Source: Candidatus Binatus sp.
GTDB taxonomy: Bacteria; Desulfobacterota; Binatia; Binatales; Binataceae
DNA length: 34,937 nucleotides
NCBI GenBank assembly: GCA_041487675.1
Contig: JBGPNU010000001.1
Span: 1-34,937 of the forward strand
Reading direction: 5' to 3'
Shown here: positions 1 through 8,335 of the stretch, in pieces
How positions within the stretch are numbered: position 1 is the stretch's first letter
Layout of the letters: each line of letters starts with the position of its first letter
Position numbers and translations under genes: made by a program
The notes under the pieces: model-generated
Told to the model about the DNA's origin: nothing
Database searches by the model: none
Seen by the model: the letters and a program-made list of their open reading frames with translations, nothing else

Positions 1-1
1 C

Positions 2-145
2 CGCGTGATCGGCGGACACAACTACTACGAGTACCGGGGCTACAGGATCTGCCTGAGTTATCCGCACGGCGGTTTCATCTGCGTCCTGGTCTCGCGACGC
101 GCGATGAATCAGTTCGTGCAGGATATCGTCGCCTCCGAACCCTAG
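2..145 (+). CDS. 3' end of an unidentified protein gene (partial, enters from left edge)
   Basis: Open frame from window edge reading ...RVIGGHNYYEYRGYRICLSYPHGGFICVLVSRRAMNQFVQDIVASEP, TAG at 143-145; G/C-rich third positions like neighbouring genes; no family recognised. Confidence 0.3.
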   Translation, partial: RVIGGHNYYEYRGYRICLSYPHGGFICVLVSRRAMNQFVQDIVASEP

Positions 146-154
146 TTTGTCTTA

Positions 155-171
155 CCTCGCCCGTTATTTCA
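155..171 (+). repeat. R1 hairpin repeat, left half (split by the IS insertion)
   Basis: CCTCGCCCGTTATTTCA. Joined to 2597-2616 it rebuilds CCTCGCCCGTTATTTCACGGGAGAGGTTAGGTGAGGG, identical to the intact copy at 27068-27104. Confidence 0.85.
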
Positions 172-195
172 GGCGAGTATAACGGACTTGACACC
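172..195 (+). repeat. IS left terminal inverted repeat (IRL)
   Basis: GGCGAGTATAACGGACTTGACACC, exact reverse complement of 2565-2588; preceded by target duplication TTATTTCA (164-171). Confidence 0.9.
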
Positions 196-217
196 AAGAC
201 CGATTTAGGTGTAAAGT
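188..217 (+). promoter_or_regulatory. Putative inward-facing sigma70-like promoter partly inside IRL
   Basis: TTGACA (188-193), 18-nt spacer, TAAAGT (212-217). Only 6 nt separate the -10 from the transposase ATG at 224, so the mRNA would be leaderless or nearly so. Confidence 0.4.
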
Positions 218-223
218 CTGTTC

Positions 224-1156
224 ATGATCAGCCTTCGACAAATTCACGAGCAGTACAAAACACAAGATGCGTGCATGAAATTGTTGGTCAGCCTTCGCTG
301 GCCCGATGGTGTCCGTTGCCCACGCTGCGGCAATGAAAGGGTTTTCAAGATCAAACATCGCGCTTGGAATTGGGTATGTAAGAGCGGCAAAGAAAGCGTG
401 AACGAGCAAACTGGCGAAGTGCTGGTCTGCAAGAAAAACGGCTATCGCTTTTCGCCGCTGGTCGGCACCGTCTTTGAAAATACCAATTACCCACTGCCGA
501 TTTGGTTCGAGGTGATCTATCTCATTTGCCAGAGCAAGAAGGTTATGAGCGCGTTGCAGGTCCAGCGGATGCTGCAAGAGGATGGTAGGCCGACAGCGTA
601 CAAAACCGCCTTCTACATTTGCCATCGCGTGCGCGCGATGTTCAAAGACGATTCGTTTTCTCAACTGATGGGCGAAGTTGAAGTGGACGAAACCTACATC
701 GGCGGGAAGGACACCAATCGCCATTGGGGCAAGAAACACCACAAGACTGGCGGATGGGATAAGACTCCGGTGATCGGCGCGATTGCGCGCAAAGGTAACG
801 TGGTCTGCAAGATGATCGAGAATGCAGATATGCCGACGATGAGCCGGTTCGTCGCTGAAACGGTCAGCAAGAAAGTCTCGCTGGTTGCGACCGATGAACA
901 CTCCGGCTATCAATACCTTGAGCGCTGGCAAAATCTGCCGCACCAGACCGTGAACCATCGCGATCATGAGTACGTTCGCGGATTGGTTCATACCAATAAC
1001 ATCGAAAGTTTCTGGTCGCTCTTGAAGCGCGGAATCATCGGCACGTACCACAACGTGAGCAAGAAATATCTGCCGCTTTATCTGAATGAATTTCAGTGGA
1101 GATTTAACAACCGGAAAAATCCCGACATTTTCAGAGCGGCAATAAGAGGATGCTGA
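224..1156 (+). CDS. IS1595-family transposase (N-terminal zinc-ribbon plus ISXO2-like DDE domain)
   Basis: 310 aa. CPRCG...C zinc-ribbon near N-terminus, then VEVDETYIGG, ATDEHSGY, HTNNIESFWSLLKRG and YLNEFQWRFNNR blocks typical of the IS1595/ISXO2 transposase family. Confidence 0.9.
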   Translation: MISLRQIHEQYKTQDACMKLLVSLRWPDGVRCPRCGNERVFKIKHRAWNWVCKSGKESVNEQTGEVLVCKKNGYRFSPLVGTVFENTNYPLPIWFEVIYLICQSKKVMSALQVQRMLQEDGRPTAYKTAFYICHRVRAMFKDDSFSQLMGEVEVDETYIGGKDTNRHWGKKHHKTGGWDKTPVIGAIARKGNVVCKMIENADMPTMSRFVAETVSKKVSLVATDEHSGYQYLERWQNLPHQTVNHRDHEYVRGLVHTNNIESFWSLLKRGIIGTYHNVSKKYLPLYLNEFQWRFNNRKNPDIFRAAIRGC

Positions 1157-1304
1157 AGCGACCGAACTGGCGGGCGCTTCAGCCGCATACCAGACCGATA
1201 CAGTTGGAACTTTTCGCAACGCGCCACACTCCGCTTGCTGCACGAAATCGCGGTCGCTAGCATGGGAAATCACCGCTAAAAAGCAAAGGGGGTATCAAGC
1301 CAAA

Positions 1305-1484
1305 ATGACCGACAACGACCGCCGTCTTATTGAAGACGTTTACGTCGCTCAAGTCTTAACCCTAGCGAAATCCCTTCAATCTGAGGATTCTCAAAAAGGT
1401 ACGTGGACCAGCGAGGACGGTATCGGTAGGGCCTTAAAACTTATCGATAAGGAGCGCTCTCAAATTCTTTTCGGAAAGCCTTGA
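1305..1484 (+). CDS. Hypothetical small protein (59 aa), IS cargo
   Basis: ATG at 1305 preceded by AAAGGGGG (1285-1292). Reads MTDNDRRLIEDVYVAQVLTLAKSLQSEDSQKGTWTSEDGIGRALKLIDKERSQILFGKP. Below the ORF-track size cut-off; no family recognised. Confidence 0.25.
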   Translation: MTDNDRRLIEDVYVAQVLTLAKSLQSEDSQKGTWTSEDGIGRALKLIDKERSQILFGKP

Positions 1485-1656
1485 GATTTGTGTTCGCCGC
1501 ATCAACTTTGTGGCTTGTCATGAGCATGCGCCTAACTTGTTCGATCGTCTCAAACGCGTCGCATAGGCGCATGCCATCGAGCAGCGGTATGATTTTGAAT
1601 GTCGCGGCTGTTGTCGCGCGCTCGCTGGATGTGTTCATAAACCGACTTTTGCACAC
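1441..1656 (-). CDS. Hypothetical small protein (71 aa, or 65 aa from ATG at 1638), IS cargo
   Basis: ORF track; helical-looking sequence IIPLLDGMRLCDAFETIEQVRRMLMTSHKVDAANTNLKAFRKEFE. Its 3' end overlaps the convergent 59-aa ORF by 44 nt; no family recognised. Confidence 0.25.
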   Translation of the reverse strand: MCKSRFMNTSSERATTAATFKIIPLLDGMRLCDAFETIEQVRRMLMTSHKVDAANTNLKAFRKEFESAPYR

Positions 1657-1783
1657 CGCGCGCGTGCCAATTTGGATGAAAAAAGTGCCGGAGTGAGACG
1701 CTCGGCTTCAAAGTATCCGGGTATTCCATTTCATTCTCGTAGCAGGCACGCGGTAAAATCAGCTAAGAATTGACGGATAATCT

Positions 1784-1927
1784 ATGCCCAAGCAAGAAGA
1801 CGACAAGCCGGTGTCGCTCCATCCCCTCAGCTTTGAGGATGCGTTGAAGCGGATGTTAAGAACTCCGCCAGTGAACCCAGCGAAGCGCAAGAAGCGACCT
1901 AAAGCAGCAAAGAAATCTATGCGATGA
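1784..1927 (+). CDS. Hypothetical small basic protein (47 aa), IS cargo
   Basis: ATG at 1784. Reads MPKQEDDKPVSLHPLSFEDALKRMLRTPPVNPAKRKKRPKAAKKSMR, TGA at 1925-1927; overlaps the 3' end of the convergent 206-aa ORF by 11 nt. Confidence 0.25.
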   Translation: MPKQEDDKPVSLHPLSFEDALKRMLRTPPVNPAKRKKRPKAAKKSMR

Positions 1928-2537
1928 ATTGGCAGAGATGGGGCTTTTGTTTTACGTCTCGAAAGTGAACTGCGAAATCGGCCCGTACGCCAAGCTTCTT
2001 TATCCTCTCTGGATAGTCGCCATCAAGTCGGAATCGTAGCTCTACATGCCTGAGAGCCCCGGTTGGAATCTCATTGCAGGAACAATCTCCATCGGGATAG
2101 GACACGCCGAACGGTTCGAATAAGAGGCCAGGCACAAGTTTCGGAATTTCAAGTTTCCAATTCTCGGCAATCGTCGGCTCGCCAGCGTTTCGCACTGACA
2201 TCGTAAATCGGATCACTACCGAGCTTTGTACAACGTGCCGTTCGTCTAACTTCGTCTCGGTTGAAATCGCTATTGGGCCATCAACAACCGGAATCAGATC
2301 GTAGGGTACATATTCGGCGCGCCAAGCTGCGTAAGCTCCTACGCAGAATGCCCCGATAAAAAACAGGAATAGCCAAAAGGACGAAAGTCCGAATAGATTC
2401 GTTATAACGAATATCAAGACAGCGCTAACCCCTGCGCCCATTATCATGTCGGCCCAGCGTGCCCGGATTCTGTCGAGAAACACGCCGAACAGGGTATATC
2501 GCGAAAGGTAACTCCGAACGCCGTCGCACCATGCCAT
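1917..2537 (-). CDS. Hypothetical two-TM membrane protein with soluble beta-rich C-terminal domain, IS cargo
   Basis: 206 aa. Two hydrophobic helices (GAGVSAVLIFVITNLFGL and FWLFLFFIGAFCVGAYAAW) followed by about 130 residues of unknown fold. Starts 5 nt downstream of a near-consensus promoter embedded in IRR. Confidence 0.55.
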   Translation of the reverse strand: MAWCDGVRSYLSRYTLFGVFLDRIRARWADMIMGAGVSAVLIFVITNLFGLSSFWLFLFFIGAFCVGAYAAWRAEYVPYDLIPVVDGPIAISTETKLDERHVVQSSVVIRFTMSVRNAGEPTIAENWKLEIPKLVPGLLFEPFGVSYPDGDCSCNEIPTGALRHVELRFRLDGDYPERIKKLGVRADFAVHFRDVKQKPHLCQFIA

Positions 2538-2542
2538 GCGAC

Positions 2543-2572
2543 GTTATACGGCGCTAAGTCGTTAGGTGTCAA
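2543..2572 (-). promoter_or_regulatory. Putative inward-facing sigma70-like promoter partly inside IRR
   Basis: Minus strand reads TTGACA (2572-2567), 18-nt spacer, TATAAC (2548-2543), then 5 nt to the ATG at 2537; mirror image of the IRL promoter. Confidence 0.45.
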
Positions 2573-2588
2573 GTCCGTTATACTCGCC
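2565..2588 (-). repeat. IS right terminal inverted repeat (IRR)
   Basis: GGTGTCAAGTCCGTTATACTCGCC, exact reverse complement of 172-195; followed by target duplication TTATTTCA (2589-2596). Confidence 0.9.
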
Positions 2589-2616
2589 TTATTTCACGGG
2601 AGAGGTTAGGTGAGGG
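2589..2616 (+). repeat. R1 hairpin repeat, right half (split by the IS insertion)
   Basis: TTATTTCACGGGAGAGGTTAGGTGAGGG, continuing the half-copy at 155-171. Confidence 0.85.
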
Positions 2617-2704
2617 TTCTGCCAACCGCTTGCGAGCGCAACCTTGTCTCGATTATGAGGCGACCATAGAGTACTAGCCGCATTGTCTGCGGGGGAAAGA
2701 TTTA

Positions 2705-3400
2705 TTGCGAAAGGCAGCTAATTTTATTGTGGCGGCGATCGCCGGCGCCGTAATGCCGATCTCTGCTGCGGTATGGGCAGGACCCGATAGCGCGGGCGTC
2801 CTGCTGGTCCAGGACAATTGGGTTCGGGTACCTTCGTCCGGTGGCAGTGATGACTCAGAACCTGCGCGTCACTCGAGTTCGCAAGACCGCCAGGTGAGCG
2901 CAGACCATCCGCAGCTCGGCGGCGACAACGCGTCGATAACGATCGTGGAATACTCCGACTTCCAGTGCCCGTATTGCCGCCAGGCGGAAAGTTCACTCAG
3001 GCAAGTGCTGAAAAAGTATGGCGACCGGGTGCGGCTGGTGTACATGGATTTCCCGTTGTCTTTTCATCAACACGCCATGGAAGAAGCCATGGCGGCGCGA
3101 TGCGCCAATGAGCAGGGCCAGTTCTGGGCCTATCATGACGCGCTCTTTGAAAATCCGTCGGGACTCTCGACGCCTGCATTAAAGACGGCTGCGGCGCAGC
3201 TTGGGCTGGACCGCGCAAGTTTCGATGCGTGTCTCGATGAGCACAAGTACAAGAGTGCCGTAGTCGCCGATCGGACGCAGGGCGAGATGGCCGGTGCGAG
3301 CGGGACACCCTACTTCATAGTAGGTGGCCATTCGATGAGTGGCGCACAGCCGCCTTCAGCATTCGAGTCAGTGATCGACCAGGAGCTTGAGAGCCGCTAG
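2705..3400 (+). CDS. Secreted DsbA-family thiol:disulfide oxidoreductase (thioredoxin fold)
   Basis: 231 aa. N-terminal signal-like segment AANFIVAAIAGAVMPISAAVWA, thioredoxin active site FQCPYCRQ, DsbA-like C-terminal GTPYFIVGG. TTG start from ORF track. Confidence 0.8.
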   Translation: MRKAANFIVAAIAGAVMPISAAVWAGPDSAGVLLVQDNWVRVPSSGGSDDSEPARHSSSQDRQVSADHPQLGGDNASITIVEYSDFQCPYCRQAESSLRQVLKKYGDRVRLVYMDFPLSFHQHAMEEAMAARCANEQGQFWAYHDALFENPSGLSTPALKTAAAQLGLDRASFDACLDEHKYKSAVVADRTQGEMAGASGTPYFIVGGHSMSGAQPPSAFESVIDQELESR

Positions 3401-3422
3401 TTCTCCGACGAAAGCGGCCCTT

Positions 3423-3489
3423 CTTACCTCGCCCGTTATTTCACGGGAGAGGGGGCCGGCCGCCTTGCGGCCGGCAGGTGAGGGTTCTG
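3423..3489 (+). repeat. R1 hairpin repeat, long form (with inserted GC hairpin)
   Basis: CTTACCTCGCCCGTTATTTCACGGGAGAGG + GGGCCGGCCGCCTTGCGGCCGGC + AGGTGAGGGTTCTG. Inverted partner at 3793-3858. Confidence 0.85.
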
Positions 3490-3490
3490 C

Positions 3491-3706
3491 GCGATCGTCG
3501 TAGCGCTTTTGCGCGTCTGCGTGCTGTTCTCCATCGAGTTCGACGATCAGCCTTGCACCGATGCAGCAGAAATCGACAATGAACGCGTCGATCGCAACCT
3601 GTCTGCGGAACTTCCAGCCACCAAGCTTCCGATTTTGGAGGATCGACCAGAGCCGCTTCTCAGCGTCGGTCTAATCGCAGCGGAGTGCGCGCGAACGATT
3701 GAGCGG
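3491..3706 (-). pseudogene. DUF559 (Vsr-like endonuclease domain) gene remnant: in-frame stop and 3' truncation
   Basis: Minus strand reads LNRSRALRCD*TDAEKRLWSILQNRKLGGWKFRRQVAIDAFIVDFCCIGARLIVELDGEQHADAQKRYDDR. This matches the DUF559 pattern (TxAExxLW...FRRQ...DF...vElDGxxH...D). TAG at 3671-3673. The expected C-terminal R..L...G..v.RF block is replaced by repeat R1 (3423-3489). Confidence 0.8.
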
Positions 3707-3792
3707 TTTCTTCCTATCAGTCGCGGCGGCGTGAGATCGGCCATCGCTCGACAATCGCACATTTGAACGCGGAGATGAAACGGCGATCGATC

Positions 3793-3858
3793 CAGAACCC
3801 TCACCTACCGGCCGCAAGGCGGCCGGCCTCCTCTCCCGTAAACATAACGGGCGAGGTA
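3793..3858 (-). repeat. R1 hairpin repeat, long form, inverted
   Basis: Reverse complement reads TACCTCGCCCGTTATGTTTACGGGAGAGGAGGCCGGCCGCCTTGCGGCCGGTAGGTGAGGGTTCTG; near-identical to 3423-3489. Confidence 0.85.
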
Positions 3859-3922
3859 TTGGAGGCAGACGGCGAGGCATCGAGCCGATCGCGAGGGGTG
3901 AGGTGCTGCCACCGCGCGGGCG

Positions 3923-5419
3923 TTAGCGGCGGTCGTCCTTCAGCCCGTCTTCATTGGCGAGAAACAGATGCAACTGCGAGGGGCCGTTGTCGCTTGGAAT
4001 CTCAACCGGATAATTGCCGGTGAAGCAGGCGTCGCAAAATCCCTCGCGGCTCTCGCCATTGAACGAGTAGAGGCCGTCCCAACTTAGATAGGCCAGCGAG
4101 TCGGCCGTGATGTGACGGCGAATCTGTTCGATCGAGTGCGACGATGCGAGCAGTTCCTCGCGCGTGGGTGTGTCGATTCCGTAAAAGCACGAGTTCGTGG
4201 TCGGCGGCGCCGCGATGCGCATGTGTACTTCGCGGGCGCCCGCCTGCCGGAGCATCGGGATCACTTTTCTGAGCGTGGTCCCGCGCACCAGCGAGTCCTC
4301 GATCAGCACGATTCGCTTGCCGCGCAACAATTCGGCCACCGGGTTGAACTTGATCTTCACGCCGAAATGGCGAATCGACTGGCGCGGCTCGATAAACGTG
4401 CGCCCGACGTAGTGGCTGCGCACCAGTCCCATCTCGAACGGAATTCCCGATTCCTCCGCATAGCCGAGCGCCGCGGGCGTGCCCGAGTCGGGCACCGGCA
4501 CCACGATATCCGCAACCGCGGGAGCTTCGCGCGCGAGCGCGCGGCCCTGCTGCTTTCGCACCTGGTACACGCTGCGCCCGTACACCTGGCTGTCGGGGCG
4601 GGAGAAATATACGTACTCGAAAATGCATCGCTTGGCCGGCGCATGCGCAAACGGACTCAGCGAACGCATCCCGCTGTCATCGACGACGATCATCTCACCG
4701 GGATTGATCTCGCGAATATACTCGGCGCGCACCAGGTCGAGCGCGCAGGTCTCCGACGCCACTATCGTTGCGCCATTCAGTTGTCCGAGCACCAGCGGAC
4801 GGAACCCATGCGGATCGCGCACCGCAAGCATCGCGTCTTCGGTCAGCACCACCAGCGAGTACGCGCCGCGCACCTGCGCCAGCGCCTCTGCCACCCGCTC
4901 GGACAGCGTGGGCGCGCGCGACGCCGCGATCAGATGAATCATCACCTCGCTGTCCGACGACGACTGAAAGAGCGATCCGCTCGACTCCAGCCGCTCGCGC
5001 AGTTCCTTGAAATTGACCAGGTTGCCATTGTGCGCGAGCGCCAGCGCGCCGTGCGCATACTCTCCGACCAGCGGCTGGCAGTTGTTGATCGTAGTCGAGC
5101 CGGTCGTCGAGTAGCGGTTATGTCCGATCGCGCTGGTGCCTTCGAGTTTGGCGATGATCGTGTTGTTGAAGACGTCGGCGACCAGCCCCATCCCGCGATG
5201 CGAGATCAGCGACCTGCCGTTGGACGAGACAATCCCCGCCGATTCCTGCCCGCGATGCTGCTGCGCGTACAGCCCCAAGTACGCGAGGTTGGCCGCCTCG
5301 GGATGCCGATACACGCCGAAGACGCCGCATTCCTCGTGGAAAACATCGAGGTTAGATTCTTCGAAGTCCGATTCGATGTCCGATTCTTCGACCGCTATGA
5401 CCGCGTCTTCTTCAGTCAC
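3923..5419 (-). CDS. purF: Amidophosphoribosyltransferase
   Basis: 498 aa. Ntn catalytic Cys context [16 protein letters not shown], PRTase loop [14 protein letters not shown]-terminal Cys cluster. GTG start overlaps the purL stop by 8 nt. Confidence 0.93.
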   Translation of the reverse strand: MTEEDAVIAVEESDIESDFEESNLDVFHEECGVFGVYRHPEAANLAYLGLYAQQHRGQESAGIVSSNGRSLISHRGMGLVADVFNNTIIAKLEGTSAIGHNRYSTTGSTTINNCQPLVGEYAHGALALAHNGNLVNFKELRERLESSGSLFQSSSDSEVMIHLIAASRAPTLSERVAEALAQVRGAYSLVVLTEDAMLAVRDPHGFRPLVLGQLNGATIVASETCALDLVRAEYIREINPGEMIVVDDSGMRSLSPFAHAPAKRCIFEYVYFSRPDSQVYGRSVYQVRKQQGRALAREAPAVADIVVPVPDSGTPAALGYAEESGIPFEMGLVRSHYVGRTFIEPRQSIRHFGVKIKFNPVAELLRGKRIVLIEDSLVRGTTLRKVIPMLRQAGAREVHMRIAAPPTTNSCFYGIDTPTREELLASSHSIEQIRRHITADSLAYLSWDGLYSFNGESREGFCDACFTGNYPVEIPSDNGPSQLHLFLANEDGLKDDRR

Positions 5420-7649
5420 CGCCGGCTAGCCTCCTCGGAATCGCGTTTTCGTAAATTCGCATCAGCTCCGAAACGTCCTCGTCGAGCGCCGTGCCAATCT
5501 TGAGCCGGTGCTCGCTTGTTACGCGCCCGATAACTGCGAATTCAAGCCCGCGCGATGCAAACGATCGCTCGACCTCCGCTATGTCGCCCTCGGCCATCGA
5601 CAGCAACACCGTCGATGCGCCCTCGCCAAAAAAATCAACCGCGTCAGCGTTTCCAGCGCGCCCAAGTTCGACTTCGGCTCCCAGAATCGCCCGCGGATTG
5701 AAACAGGCCTCGGCGATAGCCACGACAAGCCCGCCCTCGGCGATATCGTGAGCCGATCTTATCAGCCCCCCTTCGGCGCCAGCAACCAGCCCCTCGACCA
5801 GCGCCGCCTCGCGCGCAAGATCGATTGAACCGAGCGGCCCGCCGTCGATTCCGAAGATTGCCGAGTACTCGCTCGCGGCGAGCGACGGCCGCGCCGTGCG
5901 GACCAACGCAATTACATCACCGGGATTTTTGAAAAACTGGGTCACATGCTTCGACACGTCGAGCATCACGCCCAGCACCGCGATAGTCGGCGTGGGCGGA
6001 ATCGCGCGGCCTTCGGTCTCGTTGTAAAAACTCACGTTGCCGCTGACTACCGGCGCGCCAAACGCCAGCGACGCATCGCGGAGTGCCTCGACCCCGCGGA
6101 TAAATTGCCACATCACTTCGGGCCGCTCCGGATTGCCGTAGTTCAGGCAATTGGTGATTCCCACCGGCCGCGCACCCGCGCACGCAACGTTTCGGACTGC
6201 TTCGCATACCGTGCCGACCGCGCCCAGGTACGGATCTAGCGCGCACGCGCGCGGATTCGAATCGACCTTGAGCGCGATCCCCCGCCGCGAATTCTTGATT
6301 CGAAGCACCGCGGCGTCGCTGCCGGGTCCCTCGACCGTGTTGCTCTGCACAAGAGAGTCGTATTGGCGAAAGACCCACTTCTTCGACCCGACGTTGGGAC
6401 TATCGAGCAACGCGCGAAGCGCTTTCGCCGGTGTCGGATGCGGTTCGCTGGAGGGCGGCTTTCTTACCGGCTGAATCTTCGGCGCTGCGGCCGGCCGATC
6501 GTATAGCGGCGCGTCTGCCGCGAGCGACGCAACCGGGATGTCCGCGACGACCTGCCCATGCCAGCGCATCCGCCATCGCCGGTCGTCGGTCACATGGCCG
6601 ATCACCACCGCGTGCAGGTCCCACTTTTCGAACACCGCCTGCAGCTCGGCCTCGCGCCCGCGCTCGGCGACAATCAGCATCCTCTCCTGCGACTCGGAAA
6701 GCAGAATTTCATACGGGGTCAGTCCCGCTTCGCGAAGCGGCACCAAATCGAGATCGAGTTCGATCCCGAGTCCGCCCCGATCCGCCATCTCGCTCGACGA
6801 CGACGTGAGTCCCGCCGCACCCATGTCCTGGATCGCCACGATCGCGCCGGTCCTGCCGGCTTCCAGGCATGCCTCGATCAGCAGTTTCTCCGTGAAGGGG
6901 TCCCCGACCTGCACCGCCGGACGCTTGGCTTCGCTCTCCTTGTCAAACTCTGCCGAGGCCATCGACGCACCATGAATTCCGTCGCGTCCCGTCGCAGAGC
7001 CAACGTACAACACCGGATTACCGGGACCGCGCGCCCGCGCGCTCATCATCTCGTCTTTGCGCACCAGGCCGAGACAGAACGCGTTGACCAGGATATTTTC
7101 GTTGTACGCCGCGTCGAACATTACTTCGCCCGCGACCGTCGGCACTCCGACGCAGTTGCCGTAGCCGCCGATTCCGCCGACCACGCCGCCGAGCAGGTAG
7201 CGGGTGCGGGGATGGTCGAACGAGCCGAACTTGAGCGAGTCCATGCTCGCGATCGGCCGCGCGCCCATCGTAAAGATGTCGCGCAAAATTCCGCCGACGC
7301 CGGTCGCCGCGCCTTGGTACGGCTCGACGAACGACGGATGGTTGTGGCTCTCGATTTTGAAAACCGCGGCCCATCCGTCGCCCACGTCGATCGCGCCGGC
7401 GTTCTCGCCCGGCCCCTGCACCACCAGTTCGCTCTTCGACGGCAGCGTCTTCAGATGGCGGCGCGAAGACTTGTACGAGCAATGCTCCGACCACATGACC
7501 GAAAAAACGCCCAACTCCGTATAGGTCGGAGTGCGCCCGATGATTTGCTCAATCTTGCGATACTCGTCGGCGGCAAGGCCGTGCGCGCGGCCTTGCTCGA
7601 GATCCACTTTCGGTTCGCCGGGGAGAGCGGCCGGCGCGCGCTCGCTCAT
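5412..7649 (-). CDS. purL: Phosphoribosylformylglycinamidine synthase subunit PurL
   Basis: 745 aa. PurL blocks [26 protein letters not shown], duplicated AIR-synthase-like domains. 4-nt overlap with purQ. Confidence 0.93.
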   Translation of the reverse strand: MSERAPAALPGEPKVDLEQGRAHGLAADEYRKIEQIIGRTPTYTELGVFSVMWSEHCSYKSSRRHLKTLPSKSELVVQGPGENAGAIDVGDGWAAVFKIESHNHPSFVEPYQGAATGVGGILRDIFTMGARPIASMDSLKFGSFDHPRTRYLLGGVVGGIGGYGNCVGVPTVAGEVMFDAAYNENILVNAFCLGLVRKDEMMSARARGPGNPVLYVGSATGRDGIHGASMASAEFDKESEAKRPAVQVGDPFTEKLLIEACLEAGRTGAIVAIQDMGAAGLTSSSSEMADRGGLGIELDLDLVPLREAGLTPYEILLSESQERMLIVAERGREAELQAVFEKWDLHAVVIGHVTDDRRWRMRWHGQVVADIPVASLAADAPLYDRPAAAPKIQPVRKPPSSEPHPTPAKALRALLDSPNVGSKKWVFRQYDSLVQSNTVEGPGSDAAVLRIKNSRRGIALKVDSNPRACALDPYLGAVGTVCEAVRNVACAGARPVGITNCLNYGNPERPEVMWQFIRGVEALRDASLAFGAPVVSGNVSFYNETEGRAIPPTPTIAVLGVMLDVSKHVTQFFKNPGDVIALVRTARPSLAASEYSAIFGIDGGPLGSIDLAREAALVEGLVAGAEGGLIRSAHDIAEGGLVVAIAEACFNPRAILGAEVELGRAGNADAVDFFGEGASTVLLSMAEGDIAEVERSFASRGLEFAVIGRVTSEHRLKIGTALDEDVSELMRIYENAIPRRLAGGD

Positions 7650-8335
7650 CGCGCGCTCCCGGCTATCGATTGAAATATCTTGAGACCGTCGGTTCCGCCG
7701 AGCATCGGTTCCACCGCGTGCTCGGGATGCGGCATCAGGCCGAACACGTTGAATCGCTCGTTGGCCACGCCCGCTATCGCGCGCATCGAGCCGTTCGGAT
7801 TGGCGGACTCGGTCTCGCGGCCCTCCGAATCGACGTAGCGCAAAATCACCTGTCCGCGCTCCTCCATCTGGCGGAGTTCATCTTCGGGCGCGACGTAAAG
7901 TCCCTCGCCGTGTTTGATCGGAAGCCGCAGCAGGTCGCCCTGCTTCGCCGCGCGGGTAAACGGCGTCTTCGCGTTCTCGACCCGAAGCCAGACCCACTCG
8001 CATATGAACGAGAGCGAGCGGTTGCGCGTGAGCGCGCCGGGCAGCAGATGCGCCTCGCACAGAATCTGAAATCCGTTGCAGGTGCCGATCACGAGTCCGC
8101 CATCGGCGGCGAATTTCGCGACGCTCTTCATTATCGGCGAGAAGCGCGCAATAGCGCCGGTGCGCAGGTAATCGCCGTAGCTGAATCCGCCCGGCAGCAG
8201 CACGCATTCAGCGCCGCCGAGCGTGGTGTCCTTGTGCCACAGGATGCGCGCGTCCTGGCCCATCACGTCCGCGAGCGCGTACAATGAGTCACCGTCGTCG
8301 AGCGAGCCGGGGAACCGTACGACGCCCCACTTCAT
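7646..8335 (-). CDS. purQ: Phosphoribosylformylglycinamidine synthase glutaminase subunit PurQ
   Basis: Start placed at [11 protein letters not shown] (ATG 8335), giving an ATGA overlap with the purS stop. Motifs [21 protein letters not shown] (nucleophile Cys), MPHPE. The ORF-track start at 8395 is probably too long. Confidence 0.9.
   Translation of the reverse strand: MKWGVVRFPGSLDDGDSLYALADVMGQDARILWHKDTTLGGAECVLLPGGFSYGDYLRTGAIARFSPIMKSVAKFAADGGLVIGTCNGFQILCEAHLLPGALTRNRSLSFICEWVWLRVENAKTPFTRAAKQGDLLRLPIKHGEGLYVAPEDELRQMEERGQVILRYVDSEGRETESANPNGSMRAIAGVANERFNVFGLMPHPEHAVEPMLGGTDGLKIFQSIAGSAR

Larger units (their letters stand above)
172..2588 (+). mobile_element. IS1595-family insertion sequence with about 1.4 kb of passenger DNA
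   Basis: Perfect 24-bp terminal inverted repeats GGCGAGTATAACGGACTTGACACC (172-195; reverse complement at 2565-2588). 8-bp direct duplication TTATTTCA at 164-171 and 2589-2596. IS1595-type transposase ORF inside. G+C visibly lower than flanks. Confidence 0.88.

Noticed and set aside
164-1273. 369-aa minus-strand ORF
   Set aside because: Fully antisense to the well-supported IS1595 transposase. It has no recognisable motifs and crosses the IS terminus.
3509-3766. 85-aa plus-strand ORF, and the 3547-3804 minus-strand ORF, between the inverted R1 copies
   Set aside because: A different minus-strand frame gives a near-consensus DUF559 sequence. These ORFs are frame artefacts of that pseudogene.
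4112-5503. 463-aa plus-strand ORF, and the similar long antisense ORFs at 6558-7673, 9843-10760, 11480-12493, 13800-15317, 20800-22005, 23329-24612, 28655-29653 and 29707-30951
   Set aside because: All lie antisense to strongly identified housekeeping genes. They are Arg/Ala/Gly/His-rich with no motifs, the usual stop-poor antisense frames of a high-G+C genome.
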